This document shows positions 13,380-26,625 of a DNA stretch of 64,000 nucleotides, piece by piece. How positions within the stretch are numbered: the stretch's first letter is position 1; the number at the start of each line of letters is the position of its first letter. Below the pieces are notes generated by a model that saw only the letters and a program-made list of their open reading frames with translations, did no database searches and was not told the DNA's origin. Source of the stretch: Octopus vulgaris (Eukaryota); assembly GCA_951406725.2 (NCBI GenBank), contig OX597840.1, positions 31,496,001 to 31,560,000 on the forward strand, read 5' to 3'. Both the position numbers and the translations under genes were made by a program.

Positions 13380-16300
13380 GTGGTGGCGGTGGTGTTGATA
13401 ATGGTGGTGGTAGTAGTAGCTTATGGTATTGTTAATGATGCTGGGTGGTAGCAAGATTGTCTTAGATGTTGTCGCTACGGCGGTAGTTGTTACTGAAGTG
13501 GTGGTAATGGCGGTGGTGGTGGTGGTAGTAGTAGCTTATGGTATTGTTAATGATGCTGGGTGGTAGCAAGATTGTCTTAGATGTTGTGGCTACGGCGGTA
13601 GTTGTAACTGAAGTGGTGGTAATGGTGGTGGTGGTGGTGGTAGTAGCTTATGGTATTGTTAATGATGCTGGGTGGTAGCAACATTGTCTTAGATGTTGTG
13701 GCTACGGCGGTAGTTGTAACTGAAGTGGTGGTAATGGCGGTGGTGGTGGTGGTGTTGATAATGGTGGTGGTAGTAGTAGCTTATGGTATTGTTAATGATG
13801 CTGGGTGGTAGCAAGATTGTCTTAGATGTTGTGGCTACGGCGGTAGTTGTAACTGAAGTGGTGGTAATGGCGGTGGTGGTGGTGGTGTTGATAATGGTGG
13901 TGGTAGTAGTAGCTTAAGGTATTGTTAATGATGCTGGGTGGTAGCAACATTGTCTTAGATGTTGTGGCTACGGCAGTAGTTGTAACTGAAGTGGTGGTAA
14001 TGGCGGTGGTGGTGGTGGTGTTGATAATGGTGGTGGTAGTAGTAGCTTATGGTATTGTTAATGATGCTGGGTGGTAGCAACATTGTCTTAGATGTTGTGG
14101 CTACGGCGGTAGTTGTAACTGAAGTGGTGGTAATGGCGGTGGTGGTGGTGGTGTTGATAATGGTGGTGGTAGTAGTAGCTTATGGAATTGTTAATGATGC
14201 TGGGTGGTAGCAACATTGTCTTAGATGTTGTGGCTACGGCGGTAGTTGTAACTGAGTGGTGGTAATGGCGGTGGTGGTGGTGGTGTTGATAATGGTGGTG
14301 GTAGTAGTAGCTTATGGTATTGTTAATGATGCTGGTGGTAGCAACATTGTCTTAGATGTTGTGGCTACGGCGGTAGTTGTAACTGAAGTGGTGGTAATGG
14401 CGGTGGTGGTGGTGGTGTTGATAATGGTGGTGGTAGTAGTAGCTTATGGTATTGTTAATGATGCTGGGTGGTAGCAAGATTGTCTTAGATGTTGTGGCTA
14501 CGGCGGTAGTTGTAACTGAAGTGGTGGTAATGGCGGTGGTGGTGGTGGTGTTGATAATGGTGGTGGTAGTAGTAGCTTATGGTATTGTTAATGATGCTGG
14601 GTGGTAGCAATATTGTCTTAGATGTTGTGGCTACGGCGGTAGTTGTAACTGAAGTGGTGGTAATGGCGGTGGTGGTGGTGGTAGTAGTAGCTTATGGTAT
14701 TGTTAATGATGCTGGGTGGTAGCAACATTGTCTTAGATGTTGTGGCTACGGCGGTAGTTGTAACTGAAGTGGTGGTAATGGCGGTGGTGGTGGTGGTAGT
14801 AGTAGCTTTTGGTATTGTTAATGATGCTGGGTGGTAGCAACATTGTCTTAGATGTTGTGGCTACGGCGGTAGTTGTAACTGAAGTGGTGGTAATGGCGGT
14901 GGTGGTGGTGGTAGTAGTAGCTTATGGTATTGTTAATGATGCTGGGTGGTAGCAACATTGTCTTAGATGTTGTGGCTACGGCGGTAGTTGTAACTGAAGT
15001 GGTGGTAATGGCGGTGGTGGTGGTGGTGTTGATAATGGTGGTGGTAGTAGTAGCTTATGGTATTGTTAATGATGCTGGGTGGTAGCAACATTGTCTTAGA
15101 TGTTGTGGCTACGGCGGTAGTTGTAACTGAAGTGGTGGTAATGGCGGTGGTGGTGGTGGTAGTAGTAGCTTTTGGTATTGTTAATGATGCTGGGTGGTAG
15201 CAACATTGTCTTAGATGTTGTGGCTACGGCGGTAGTTGTAACTGAAGTGGTGGTAATGGTGGTGGTAGTAGTAGCTTATGGTATTGTTAATGATGCTGGG
15301 TGGTAGCAACATTGTCTTAGATGTTGTGGCTACGGCGGTAGTTATAACTGAAGTGGTGGTAATGGCGGTGGTGGTGGTGGTGATGGTGGTGGTGATGGTA
15401 GTGGTGGTTCATGGTAGTTGTAACTAAAGTGGTGGTAATGGTGGTAATGGTGGTGGTGGTAATGGCGGTGGTGGTGGTGGTGGTGGTGGTGGTGGTGGTG
15501 GTTCACGGTAGGGATAATGATGCTGGGTGGTAGCAACATTGTCTTAGATGTTGTGGCTACGGCGGTAGTTGTAACTGAAGTGGTGGTAATGGCGGTGGTG
15601 GTAATGGTGGTGTTGTGGTGGTGGTAGTAGTAGCTTATGGTATTGTTAATGATGCTGGGTGGTAGCAATGTTGTCTTAGATGTTGTGGCTACGGTGGTAG
15701 TTGTAACTGAAGTGGTGGTAATGCGGTGGTGGTGGTGGTGTTGATAATGGTGGTGGTAGTAGTAGCTTATGGTATTGTTAATGATGCTGGGTGGTAGCAA
15801 CATTGTCTTAGATCGTTGTGGCTACGGCGGTAGTTGTAACTGAAGTGGTGGTAATGGCGGTGGTGGTGGTGGTGTTGATAATGGTGGTGGTAGTAGTAGC
15901 ATGGTATTGTTAATGATGCTGTGGTAGCAAGATTGTCTTGATGTTGTGGCTACCGTGGTTGTAACTGAAGTGGTGAGTAATGGCGGTGGTGGTGGTAGTA
16001 GTAGTAGCTTATGGTATTGTTAATGATGCTGGTGGTAGCAACATTGTCTTAGATGTTGTGGCTACGGCGGTAGTTGTAACTGAAGTGGTGGTAATGGCGG
16101 TGGTGGTGGTGGTGTTGATAATGGTGGTGGTAGTAGTAGCTTATGGTATTGTTAATGATGCTGGTGGTAGCAATATTGTCTTAGATGTTGTGGCTGTTGT
16201 AACTGAAGTGGTGGTAATGGCGGTGGTGGTGGTGGTAGTAGTAGTATGGTATTGTTAATGATGCTGGGTGGTAGCAACATTGTCTTAGATGTTGTGGCTA

Positions 16301-19230
16301 CGGCGGTAGTTGTAGTGGTGGTAATGGCGGTGGTGGTGGTGGTGTTGATAATGGTGGTGGTAGTAGTGGCTTATGGTATTGTTAATGATGCTGGTGGTAG
16401 CAACATTGTAGTAGATGTGTGGCTAGTAGTTGTAACTGAAGTGGTGGTAATGGCGGTGGTGGTGGTAGTAGTAGTAGCTTATGGTATTGTTAATGATGCT
16501 GGTGGTAGCAAGTTGTAGATGTTGTAGCTACGGCGGTAGTTGTAACTGAAGTGGTGGTAATGGCGGTGGTGGTGGTGGTAGTAGTAGCATTTGGTATTGT
16601 TAATGATGCTGGTGGTAGCAACATTGTCTTAGATGTTGTGGCTACGGCGGTAGTTGTAACTGAAGTGGTGGTAATGGCGGTGGTGGTGGTGGTGTTGATA
16701 ATGGTGGTGGTAGTAGTAGCTTATGGTATTGTTAATGATGCTGGTGGTAGCAACATTGTCTTAGATGTTGTGGCTACGGCGGTAGTTGTAACTGAAGTGG
16801 TGGTAATGGCGGTGGTGGTGGTGGTAGTAGTAGCTTATGGTATTGTTAATGATGCTGGTGGTAGCAAGATTGTCTTAGATGTTGTGGCTACGGCGGTATT
16901 GTAACTGAAGTGGTGGTGGTAGTAGTAGCTTATGGTATTGTTAATGATGCTGGTGGTAGCAACATTGTCTTAGATGTTGTGGCTACGGCGGTAGTTGTAA
17001 CTGAAGTGGTGGTAATGGCGGTGGTGGTGGTGGTGTTGATAATGGTGGTGGTAGTAGTAGCTTATGGTATTGTTAATGATGCTGGGTGGTAGCAAGATTG
17101 TCTTAGATGTTGTGGCTACGGCGGTAGTTGTAACTGAAGTGGTGGTAATGGCGGTGGTGGTGGTGGTAGTAGTAGCTTATGGTATTGTTAATGATGCTGG
17201 GTGGTAGCAATATTGTCTTAGATGTTGTGGCTACGGCGGTAGTTGTAACTGAAGTGGTGGTAATGGCGGTGGTGGTGGTGGTAGTAGTAGCTTTTGGTAT
17301 TGTTAATGATGCTGGGTGGTAGCAACATTGTCTTAGATGTTGTGGCTACGGCGGTAGTTGTAACTGAAGTGGTGGTAATGGCGGTGGTGGTGGTGGTGTT
17401 GATAATGGTGGTGGTAGTAGTAGCTTATGGTATGGTTAATGATGCTGGGTGGTAGCAACATTGTCTTAGATGTTGTGGCTACGGCGGTAGTTGTAACTGA
17501 AGTGGTGGTAATGGCGGTGGTGGTGGTGGTGTTGATAATGGTGGTGGTAGTAGTAGCTTATGGTATTGTTAATGATGCTGGGTGGTAGCAACATTGTCTT
17601 AGATGTTGTGGCTACGGCGGTAGTTGTAACTGAAGTGGTGGTAATGGCGGTGGTGGTGGTGGTGTTGATAATGGTGGTGGTAGTAGTAGCTTATGGTATT
17701 GTTAATGATGCTGGGTGGTAGCAAGATTGTCTTAGGTGCTGTGGCTACGGCGGTAGTTGTAACTGAAGTGGTGGTAATGGCGGTTGTGGTGGTGGTGTTG
17801 ATAATGGTGGTGGTAGTAGTAGCTTATGGTATTGTTAATGATACTGGGTGGTAGCAATATTGTCTTAGATGTTGTGGCTACGGCGGTAGTTGTAACTGAA
17901 GTGGTGGTAATGGCGGTGGTGGTGGTGGTAGTAGTAGCTTTTGGTATTGTTAATGATGCTGGAGTGGTAGCAACATTGTCTTAGATGTTGTGGCTACGGC
18001 GGTAGTTGTAACTGAAGTGGTGGTAATGGCGGTGGTGGTGGTGGTGTTGATAATGGTGGTGGTAGTAGTAGCTTATGGTATTGTTAATGATGCTGGGTGG
18101 TAGCAAGATTGTCTTAGATGTTGTGGCTACGGCGGTAGTTGTAACTGAAGTGGTGGTAATGGCGGTGGTGGTGGTGGTAGTAGTAGCTTTTGGTATTGTT
18201 AATGATGCTGGGTGGTAGCAACATTGTCTTAGATGTTGTGGCTACGGCGGTAGTTGTAACTGAAGTGGTGGTAATGGCGGTGGTGGTGGTGGTAGTAGTA
18301 GCTTTTGGTATTGTTAATGATGCTGGGTGGTAGCAACATTGTCTTAGATGTTGTGGCTACGGCGGTAGTTGTAACTGAAGTGGTGGTAATGGCGGTGGTG
18401 GTGGTGGTGTTGATAATGGTGGTGGTAGTAGTAGCTTATGGTATGGTTAATGATGCTGGTGGTAGCAACATTGTCTTAGATGTTGTGGCTACGGCGGTAG
18501 TTGTAACTGAAGTGGTGGTAATGGCGGTGGTGGTGGTGGTGTTGATAATGGTGGTGGTAGTAGTAGCTTTTGGTATTGTTAATGATGCTGGGTGGTAGCA
18601 ACATTGTCTTAGATGTTGTGGCTACGGCGGTAGTTGTAACTGAAGTGGTGGTGGTAGTAGTAGCTTATGGTATTGTTAATGATGCTGGGTGGTAGCAACA
18701 TTGTCTTAGATGTTGTGGCTACGGCGGTAGTTGTAACTGAAGTGGTGGTAATGGCGGTGGTGGTGGTGGTAGTAGTAGCTTAAGGTATTGTTAATGATGC
18801 TGGGTGGTAGCAACATTGTCTTAGTTGTTGTGGCTACGGCGGTAGTTGTAACTGAAGTGGTGGTAATGGCGGTGGTGGTGGTGGTGATGGTGGTGGTGAT
18901 GGTGGTGGTGGTTCATGGTAGTGGTGGTTCATGGTAGTGGTGGTTCATGGTAGTTGTAACTAAAGTGGTGGTAATGGTGGTGGTGGTAATGGCGGTGGTG
19001 GTGGTGGTGGTGGTGGTGGTGGTGGTGGTGGTTCACGGTAGGGATAATGATACTGGGGACGTCAATGTTGATTGAGATGTTGTGGCTACGGTGGTAGTTG
19101 TAACTGAAGTAGTGATAATGGTGGTGGTGGTAATGGTGGTGGTGGTGGTAGTTCATGGTAGGGATAATGATACTTGGTGATAGCAATGTTGATTTAGGTG
19201 TTGTGGCTACGGTGGTAGTTGTAACTGAAG
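13380..19230 (+). repeat. GT-rich tandem satellite, units of 133 and 115 bp (roughly 45 units)
   Basis: Unit TAGCTTATGGTATTGTTAATGATGCTGGGTGGTAGCAACATTGTCTTAGATGTTGTGGCTACGGCGGTAGTTGTAACTGAAGTGGTGGTAATGGCG(GTG)n, with or without an 18-bp TTGATAATG-containing insert. Confidence 0.95.
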
Positions 19231-19464
19231 TGATGTGATGATGATGTTGATGTGGTGGTGGAGTGGTGTTGAAACATCGGTGTTTTGGTGGGGGAGGGCA
19301 GCGGTGTCGCTGTTGGTCGTTGTCGTGTGGGGCCTTAGTGGTGATGGTGGTGATGGTAATGATGGTGGTGGGGGGTGTTGGGGGTGTTGTATGCAGGTGA
19401 TACTTATGGGAGCTGTGATAGTGAAGGTGACGGTGGCCGTGGTTGTACTTGTAGTGGAGAGATG

Positions 19465-19466
19465 GC

Positions 19467-19511
<45 letters not shown>

Positions 19512-19557
19512 GGTGGTGGTGGTTGTAGTCGTGCTAATAGTGGTTGTGGTGGTTGTG

Positions 19558-19589
<32 letters not shown>

Positions 19590-19647
19590 GGTGGTGGTGG
19601 TGGTTGTAGTCGTGCTAATAGTGGTTGTGGTGGTTGTGGTAGTAGTG

Positions 19648-19682
<35 letters not shown>

Positions 19683-19743
19683 GGTGGTGGTGGTGGTGTT
19701 GGTAGTCGTGCTGATAGTGGTTGTGGTGGTTGTGGTAGTAGTG

Positions 19744-19784
<41 letters not shown>

Positions 19785-19836
19785 GGTGGTGGTGGTGGTG
19801 TTGGTAGTCGTGCTGATAGTGGTTGTGGTGGTTGTG

Positions 19837-19880
<44 letters not shown>

Positions 19881-19923
19881 GGTGGTGGTTGTAGTCGTGC
19901 TAATAGTGGTTGTGGTGGTTGTG

Positions 19924-19964
<41 letters not shown>

Positions 19965-20022
19965 GGTGGTGGTGGCGGTTGTAGTCGTGCTAATAGTGGT
20001 TGTGGTGGTTGTGGTAGTAGTG

Positions 20023-20057
<35 letters not shown>

Positions 20058-20211
20058 GGTGGTGGTGGTGTTGGTAGTCGTGCTGATAGTGGTTGTGGTG
20101 GTTGTGGTAGTAGTGGTAGTAGTAGTAGTAGTAGTGGTGGTGGTGGTGGTGGTGGTGGTGGTGGTGTTGGTAGTCCTGCTGATAGTGGTTGTGGTGGTTG
20201 TGGTAGTAGTG

Positions 20212-20252
<41 letters not shown>

Positions 20253-20313
20253 GGTGGTGGTGGTGGTGGTTGTAGTCGTGCTAATAGTGGTTGTGGTGGT
20301 TGTGGTAGTAGTG

Positions 20314-20351
<38 letters not shown>

Positions 20352-20424
20352 GGTGGTGGTGGTGGTGGTGGTGGTGGTGGTTGTAGTCGTGCTAATAGTG
20401 GTTGTGGTGGTTGTGGTAGTAGTG

Positions 20425-20468
<44 letters not shown>

Positions 20469-20710
20469 GGTGGTGGTGGTGGTGGTGGTGGTGGTGGTTG
20501 TAGTCGTGCTAATAGTGGTTGTGGTGGTTGTGGTAGTAGTGGTAGTAGTAGTAGTAGTAGTAGTAGTGGTGCTGGTGGTGGTGGTGGTGGTGGTGGTGGT
20601 TGTAGTCGTGCTAATAGTGGTTGTGGTGGTTGTGGTAGTAGTGGTAGTAGTAGTAGTAATAGTAGTAGTAGTAGTAGTGGTGGTGGTGGTGGTGGTGGTG
20701 GTAGTAGTAT

Positions 20711-20795
<85 letters not shown>

Positions 20796-20822
20796 GGTGG
20801 TGGTGGTGGTGGTAGTAGTATT
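19465..20822 (+). repeat. Compound minisatellite GTCGTGCTAATAGTGGTTGTGGTGGTTGTG(GTA)n(GTG)n
   Basis: Direct reading; all length variation is in triplets. Confidence 0.95.
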
Positions 20823-20947
20823 GTGGTAAGAGTAGCAGGTGGTGATGTTCCCGTATATTAATTTATTTCTTTATGCTATCTCGATACAGGTTTCTTTCAA
20901 AGTCTCTCCCTCTCTCTCTCTCCCTCTCTCTCTTCTCTCCCTCTCTC

Positions 20948-20984
<37 letters not shown>

Positions 20985-21309
20985 AGTACGCACATACATA
21001 CAACACAAAAACGCATACTGAATTACTTGAATGGATGTACACTAACACCGAGCCACATATACACACCTTGACCTATATACACCACACGCATAATGCCGTA
21101 TATATATATACACGCCCATTTACTACAAACATGGATACGCGCGCACACATACACACATACACACATACACAAAAACCTATACGTATACAGATATACGTAT
21201 GCATGTATATATATATATACTCATTCAAATATCGTTTTAATAATAAATGGTAAAATCAATAATAATTTTAATATATACACATATATATATATATGTGTGT
21301 GTGTGTGTG

Positions 21310-21355
<46 letters not shown>

Positions 21356-21765
21356 GGCGCAGGAGTGGCTGTGTGGTAAGTAGCTTGCTAACCAACCATA
21401 TGGTTACGGGTTCAGTCCCACTGCGTGGTACCTTGGGCAAGTGTCTTCTGCTACAGCATCGGGCCAACCAAAGCCTTGTGAGTGGATTTGGTAGACGGAA
21501 ACTGAAAGAAGCCTGTCGTATATATGTATATAAATGTATATGTATGTATGTGTATGTGTTTGTGTGTCTGTGTTTGTACCCCTAGCATTGCTTGACAACC
21601 GATGCTGGTGTGTTTACGTCCCCGTCACTTAGCGGTTCGGCAAAAAGAGACCGATAGAATAAGTACTGGGCTTACAAAGAATAAGTTCCGGGGTCGATTT
21701 GCTCGACTAAAGGCGGTGCTCCAGCATGGCCGCAGTCAAATGACTGAAACAAGTAAAAGAGTAAA
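21356..21765 (+). mobile_element. SINE family A, full length
   Basis: Matches 607-1025. Confidence 0.9.
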
Positions 21766-21784
21766 ACAGTATATATATATATAT

Positions 21785-21990
21785 ATAATAAAATATTAAG
21801 GAATAACTCCAAACTTACAGGGAAAAATCAGATTTAGGAATAAATCCAATATTATAGTATAAATATATTCTATTATATTATAATAAATTAGAGATAAAAC
21901 CACTATGAAAAACATAAGCCAATACGTAAAATTAATTAATTTATATTATTTTAAATATATATCAAAAGTATTAAAAGTTTAATAAAAGAT
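21785..21990 (+). repeat. AT-rich (TA)n-associated dispersed repeat; related copies at 41283-41665, 41895-42070 and 54015-54210
   Basis: Shared TAATAAATATTAGGGAATAAATCCAAACTTACAGGGAAAAATCAGATTTAGGA-type sequence, always abutting (TA)n and often partly inverted. Confidence 0.75.
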
Positions 21991-21997
21991 AAAGAAT

Positions 21998-22046
<49 letters not shown>

Positions 22047-22052
22047 TATAAA

Positions 22053-22101
<49 letters not shown>

Positions 22102-22167
22102 ACCGCGTGTGTATCGTTGGCGATTTTTTCCTCCGTCTTCCCTTCTTTGGATCTTTCCTTTTCCTAT

Positions 22168-22202
22168 GTTTCTGATGAAGAGCTCCGCTCGAAACGTTAA
22201 AC
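22168..22202 (+). ncRNA. Minimal type I hammerhead ribozyme motif
   Basis: TTT-CTGATGA-A-GAGC-TCC-GCTC-GAAAC-GTT-AAA, with palindromic stem III (AACGTT). Decayed relatives at 11707-11742 and 39622-39655. Confidence 0.65.
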
Positions 22203-22358
22203 CCTCCTTCTTTCCTTCCTTCCTGAGCGTCCAATAACGCTATACTTGTTCCACGTCCTCGCGTTGCTGTGTTTTCTCTTTGGGTCTTCATGTTTGGATT
22301 AACTATATATATGTGTGTATATATATATATTTGTAGCTTATTAAAGATGTCCTATATC

Positions 22359-22447
<89 letters not shown>

Positions 22448-22459
22448 TGTATATATGTA

Positions 22460-22523
<64 letters not shown>

Positions 22524-22546
22524 CATATATATTATATATATATAAT

Positions 22547-22586
22547 AAATATTTTCGTCGCTTTGAGACCGCAACCTGATCACTGA
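22547..22586 (-). ncRNA. Hammerhead motif with G3:C8 core (GUGAUCA); stem I broken by an inversion junction
   Basis: Minus strand TCA-GTGATCA-G-GTTGC-GGTCTCAAA-GCGAC-GAAA-ATATTT. An inverted partial copy lies at 22601-22630. Confidence 0.55.
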
Positions 22587-22947
22587 AAAAATTCTGTACT
22601 GTCTCAAAGCGACGAAAATATTTTGACAAATTGAATTTAAATGAGGAAGGAATCTATCGGTTTTTCTGTGTTTCTTAAATGGCTTCTAAACATCTTCCAC
22701 GCTGCAATTGTTTAAAAGGTTATTAAAAAAAACATTCTCAATATAAAATGGTGTATATTTAAACACAAGAGGAAACTGCCTTCAACTGGCAGTTTTCTCT
22801 TGTGTTTAAATGTACATTATTTTATATTGAGAATGTGTTGTCTATTGACTTTTTATACATGCTAGGCTACTATTGGTGAATTTTCAAAAACAAAAAATCA
22901 CCACCCATATATATATATATAAATATATAATATATTAATAAAACATA

Positions 22948-22994
<47 letters not shown>

Positions 22995-23536
22995 GTACCT
23001 ACCTCTACATGTATATATACACGCATATATGAGTACAGGACACCAAAAAGACGTCGAACACAATGAGAAACGAAAACGTAGACACAAACCCAAGGAACTG
23101 GACATTTTTCTTAAACAACAAAAAAATAGAGTAGAGGACAAATAACACAAGGAAAAAAAACCCTACTTCAGTCGCCATGGTTTCATCTACTCTACGTTTC
23201 GAAGGTGAAGGCGAAACGCATCTTCGATAGAAACTTTCCTTCTCGTGAAAAGCAAATCAATTAAAATTTGAGATCTTTTTGCAGAGGGGTAAAAATGGTA
23301 ACAAAAAAACAGGACAGTAACAACAGTACAAAATATAAGCAGTAAAAAACAGTACAATGAAAATAACAAGACAAGAAGGGCTTTATTTTGTAAACAAAAT
23401 TTATAGCAGTATGTAACTTTGCATTAAATAATAAATTAAAAGCAGAATAAATAGACAGAAGGTCATCAAATCGTCATCAGTTATTGGCTTCAGGGTGAAA
23501 CGCAATCTATATATACATATATACATATACACATAT

Positions 23537-23755
23537 GGCAGAAACGTTAGCACGCCGGGCGACCTGCGTAGCCGTATTTCGTCTGTCGTTACGTTCCGAG
23601 TTCAAATTCCGCCGAGGTCGACTTTGCTTTTCATCCTTTCGGGGTCGATAAATTAAGTACCAGTTACGCACTGGGGTCGATGTAATCGACTTAATCCCTT
23701 TGTCTGTCCTTGTTTGTCCCCTCTGTGTTTAGCCCCTTGTGGGTAGTAAAGAAAT
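23537..23755 (+). mobile_element. SINE family B
   Basis: Matches 6134-6364. Confidence 0.85.
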
Positions 23756-23806
23756 ATATATATACATACATACATACATATATATATATATATTTATGTA
23801 TGTATG

Positions 23807-23861
<55 letters not shown>

Positions 23862-24218
23862 TGTTTATTCACTTGAGCGGTTTCACTTTTTTAGAAAAAG
23901 ATTGTCAAAAGTAAAATGTAAAAGCTTTGTAAAAGCTTTGTTGTGTTAAGTACTGGTTGTCACAAAAGTATTAAAATACATATATACATTCTTTGATAAT
24001 AATAATAACATGTTAAAAACAGTTTACTAGGAAAAATCTTGAGAAAATATTAAACAAACAGTTCAATAAAAAATATAAGCTTTTACATTTTACTTTTGAG
24101 AATCTTTTTCTAAAAAAGTGAAACCAGTCAAGTGAATAAACATCTTTCCAAATTGCATTTTCAAACCTTCTTTCATATATATATATCCACTCGTGCGGTA
24201 CCTTACAACTTCACTTTG

Positions 24219-24258
<40 letters not shown>

Positions 24259-24539
24259 AAACCTTTCAATAGAAATATTCTCCTGAATTGAACTGCAACT
24301 GCTAGCCGTCACTGACCATTCAAAATACGACCATCAAGGCACTCCCAAATTTTTCCACCCCCTCTCCTCATCAACCTTCTTCTTCTACCCTACCAAGAAT
24401 TCACAACAGCCTCGAACACACAAGTGCAAACAAGGGAGACAGAGAAAGGCAGAATGCCACTTATATCTGAACACTATACAAATATTCCTTTAAAAAAACT
24501 TTTGTTTTAATTTTTCTAAATTTAATTATTTAATCGTTA

Positions 24540-24577
24540 CAGTTGAAAAGGTCTCAAAATGACCGAAACCGGTACTG
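24540..24577 (+). ncRNA. Minimal type I hammerhead motif with U3:A8 core
   Basis: CAG-TTGAAAA-GGTC-TCAAAAT-GACC-GAAAC-CG-GTA-CTG; palindromic ACCGGT stem III. Confidence 0.65.
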
Positions 24578-24648
24578 AAATGTTTTAGCATTTTCTATTT
24601 TGACTTGTTTTTTCATATATATCAACTCGTGTGTTCCTTTTCACCCTT

Positions 24649-24718
<70 letters not shown>

Positions 24719-25093
24719 CTGTGTGTGTGTATAAAAGAGGTGAGGACCGAAATCCTTCAAACGGATGTCAAACAACCAAATCCGTCGGTACAGTCCAAGT
24801 AAAGATTATGTATAAAAAGTATATATTCAGTATTGTTTTCAAAAACAGTAAAATGAGGTATAAGGAACACCGTTTGAACAGCTGACGATAGAGCGCACGG
24901 CATTGACAAACGTCCTAAAGGTGAAACGTGTCTGATGTTCTTGTGAGTCACAGCAACCACGATGCGAGTGTCGCTGCTCTGACACATATTGCTGCTTAAA
25001 CGTGTGCTTGCGTTGGCATTCACCCGAGTTGGCTTGAGTTGGCTCCGACCAACAAGTTCACTCCATCTGACGGTCAGTACTAACGTTCCAAAA

Positions 25094-25880
25094 GGCGGCG
25101 GTGAGCTGGCAGAAACGTTAGCACGCCGGGCGAAATGCGTAGCCGTATTTCGTCTGCCGATACGTCCTGAGTTCAAATCCCGCCGAGGTCGACTTTGCCT
25201 TTCATCCTTTCGGGGTCGATAAATTAAGTACCAGTTGCGCACTGAGGTCGATATAATCGACTTAATACCTATGTCTGTTCTTGTTTGTCCTCTCCGTGTT
25301 TAGCCCCTTGTGGGTAGTAAAGAAATAGGTATTTCGTCTGCCGATACGTTTTGAGTTCAAATTCCGCCGAGGTCGACTTTGCCTTTCATCCTTTCGGGGT
25401 CGATAAATTAAGTACCAGTTACGCACTGGGGTCAGTGTAATCGACGTAATCCATTTGTACGTCCTTGCTTGTCCTCTCTGTGTTTAGCCCCTTGTGGGCA
25501 GTAAAGAAAGAGGTATTTCGTCTGCCGTTACGTTCTGAGTTCAAATTCCGCCGAGGTCGACTTTGCCTTTCATCCTTTCGGGGGCGATAAATTAAGTACC
25601 AGTTGCGCACTGGGGTCGATATAATCGACTTAATACCTATGTCTGTCCTTGTTTGTCCTCTCCGTGTTTAGCCCCTTGTGGGTAGTAAAGAAATTGGTAT
25701 TTCGTCTGCCGATACGTTTTGAGTTCAAATTCCGCCGAGGTCGACTTTGCCTTTTATCCTTTCGGGGTCGATAAATTAAGTACCAGTTACGCATTGGGGT
25801 TGATGTAATCGACTCAATCCGTTTGTGTGTTTTTGCTTATCCCCTCTATGTTTAGCCCCTTGTGGGTAGTAAAGAAATAG
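25094..25880 (+). mobile_element. SINE B tandem array: one head plus four 184-bp bodies
   Basis: Period about 184 bp; 15-bp TSD AGTACTAACGTTCCA at 25076-25090 and 25879-25893. Confidence 0.9.
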
Positions 25881-26625
25881 TACTAACGTTCCAGCGGACA
25901 AAGTAATATTTCTGCCTACGGCCTCAAAATCCGACTTGCAAACTTAACAAAATCCCCCACTGGGTAAGCAAGGGCGTCTGAGGGCGCGAACCTCATAGCC
26001 GTAGTCGTTATTCGTTGTTGAAGCGTAAAGTGCGTGTTCGGTGTTCCAGTGGCAATACAAGTCGAAACGTGGTCACCGATCGCGTACATGCTTACTTTGG
26101 GATGGTGTGACTATCTGCTCGTCTGGCCGTCGATTATTGACCGTCGAAAAAGGTTTGCTGACCAGGTCACCTGGGAAATCTCTAAAATGCATCCAGTGGT
26201 GAACTGTGGAACCTTAACAATTACTGTTCCAAGGCCTCCTCTGACTCGGAATTGTAGCCCCTGTTAGGGTCCCAGCTATTCTTTCCCTAGCAGGTCTACC
26301 ACGTGCTTCAAACGCAGGCTACATCTGTTCCGATACATATTGCTTTCATCACAATTCTATGAAGAAATGTTATCTTACAAAACTCCAGATTCATGTCTTC
26401 TGTGTATGTATATATCAATATGATACACAGATGACAATTGCCTCGATATACGAGTTAATCTGTTCCCTGAGATTACTCGGAAAGCAGAGCAAAAGTTTCC
26501 CATAGTAACAATGAAACTGTATAAAATGTTGCATTTTACTCCATCGCTGTGTAAACGCATCAGTACTAATGTTGTCACAAGTTGCGACTTTGCTACATAC
26601 AAAATGGCTGTTTAACCATTTTATA

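Noticed and set aside
13380-19230. Satellite as a mucin-like coding repeat or a CRISPR array
   Set aside because: Units of 133/115 bp are not multiples of 3 and contain stops; no unique spacers; eukaryotic context
19375-20829. 484-aa poly-Val ORF, or poly-Thr mucin-like frame on the minus strand
   Set aside because: Triplet minisatellite; no domain or splice support
24881-24940. CTGACGA...GAAAC-GT-GTC as a hammerhead
   Set aside because: Neither stem I nor stem II pairs convincingly
25894-26360. GC-balanced, coding-looking unique stretch
   Set aside because: Stops in the frames read and no recognisable motif; BLASTX needed
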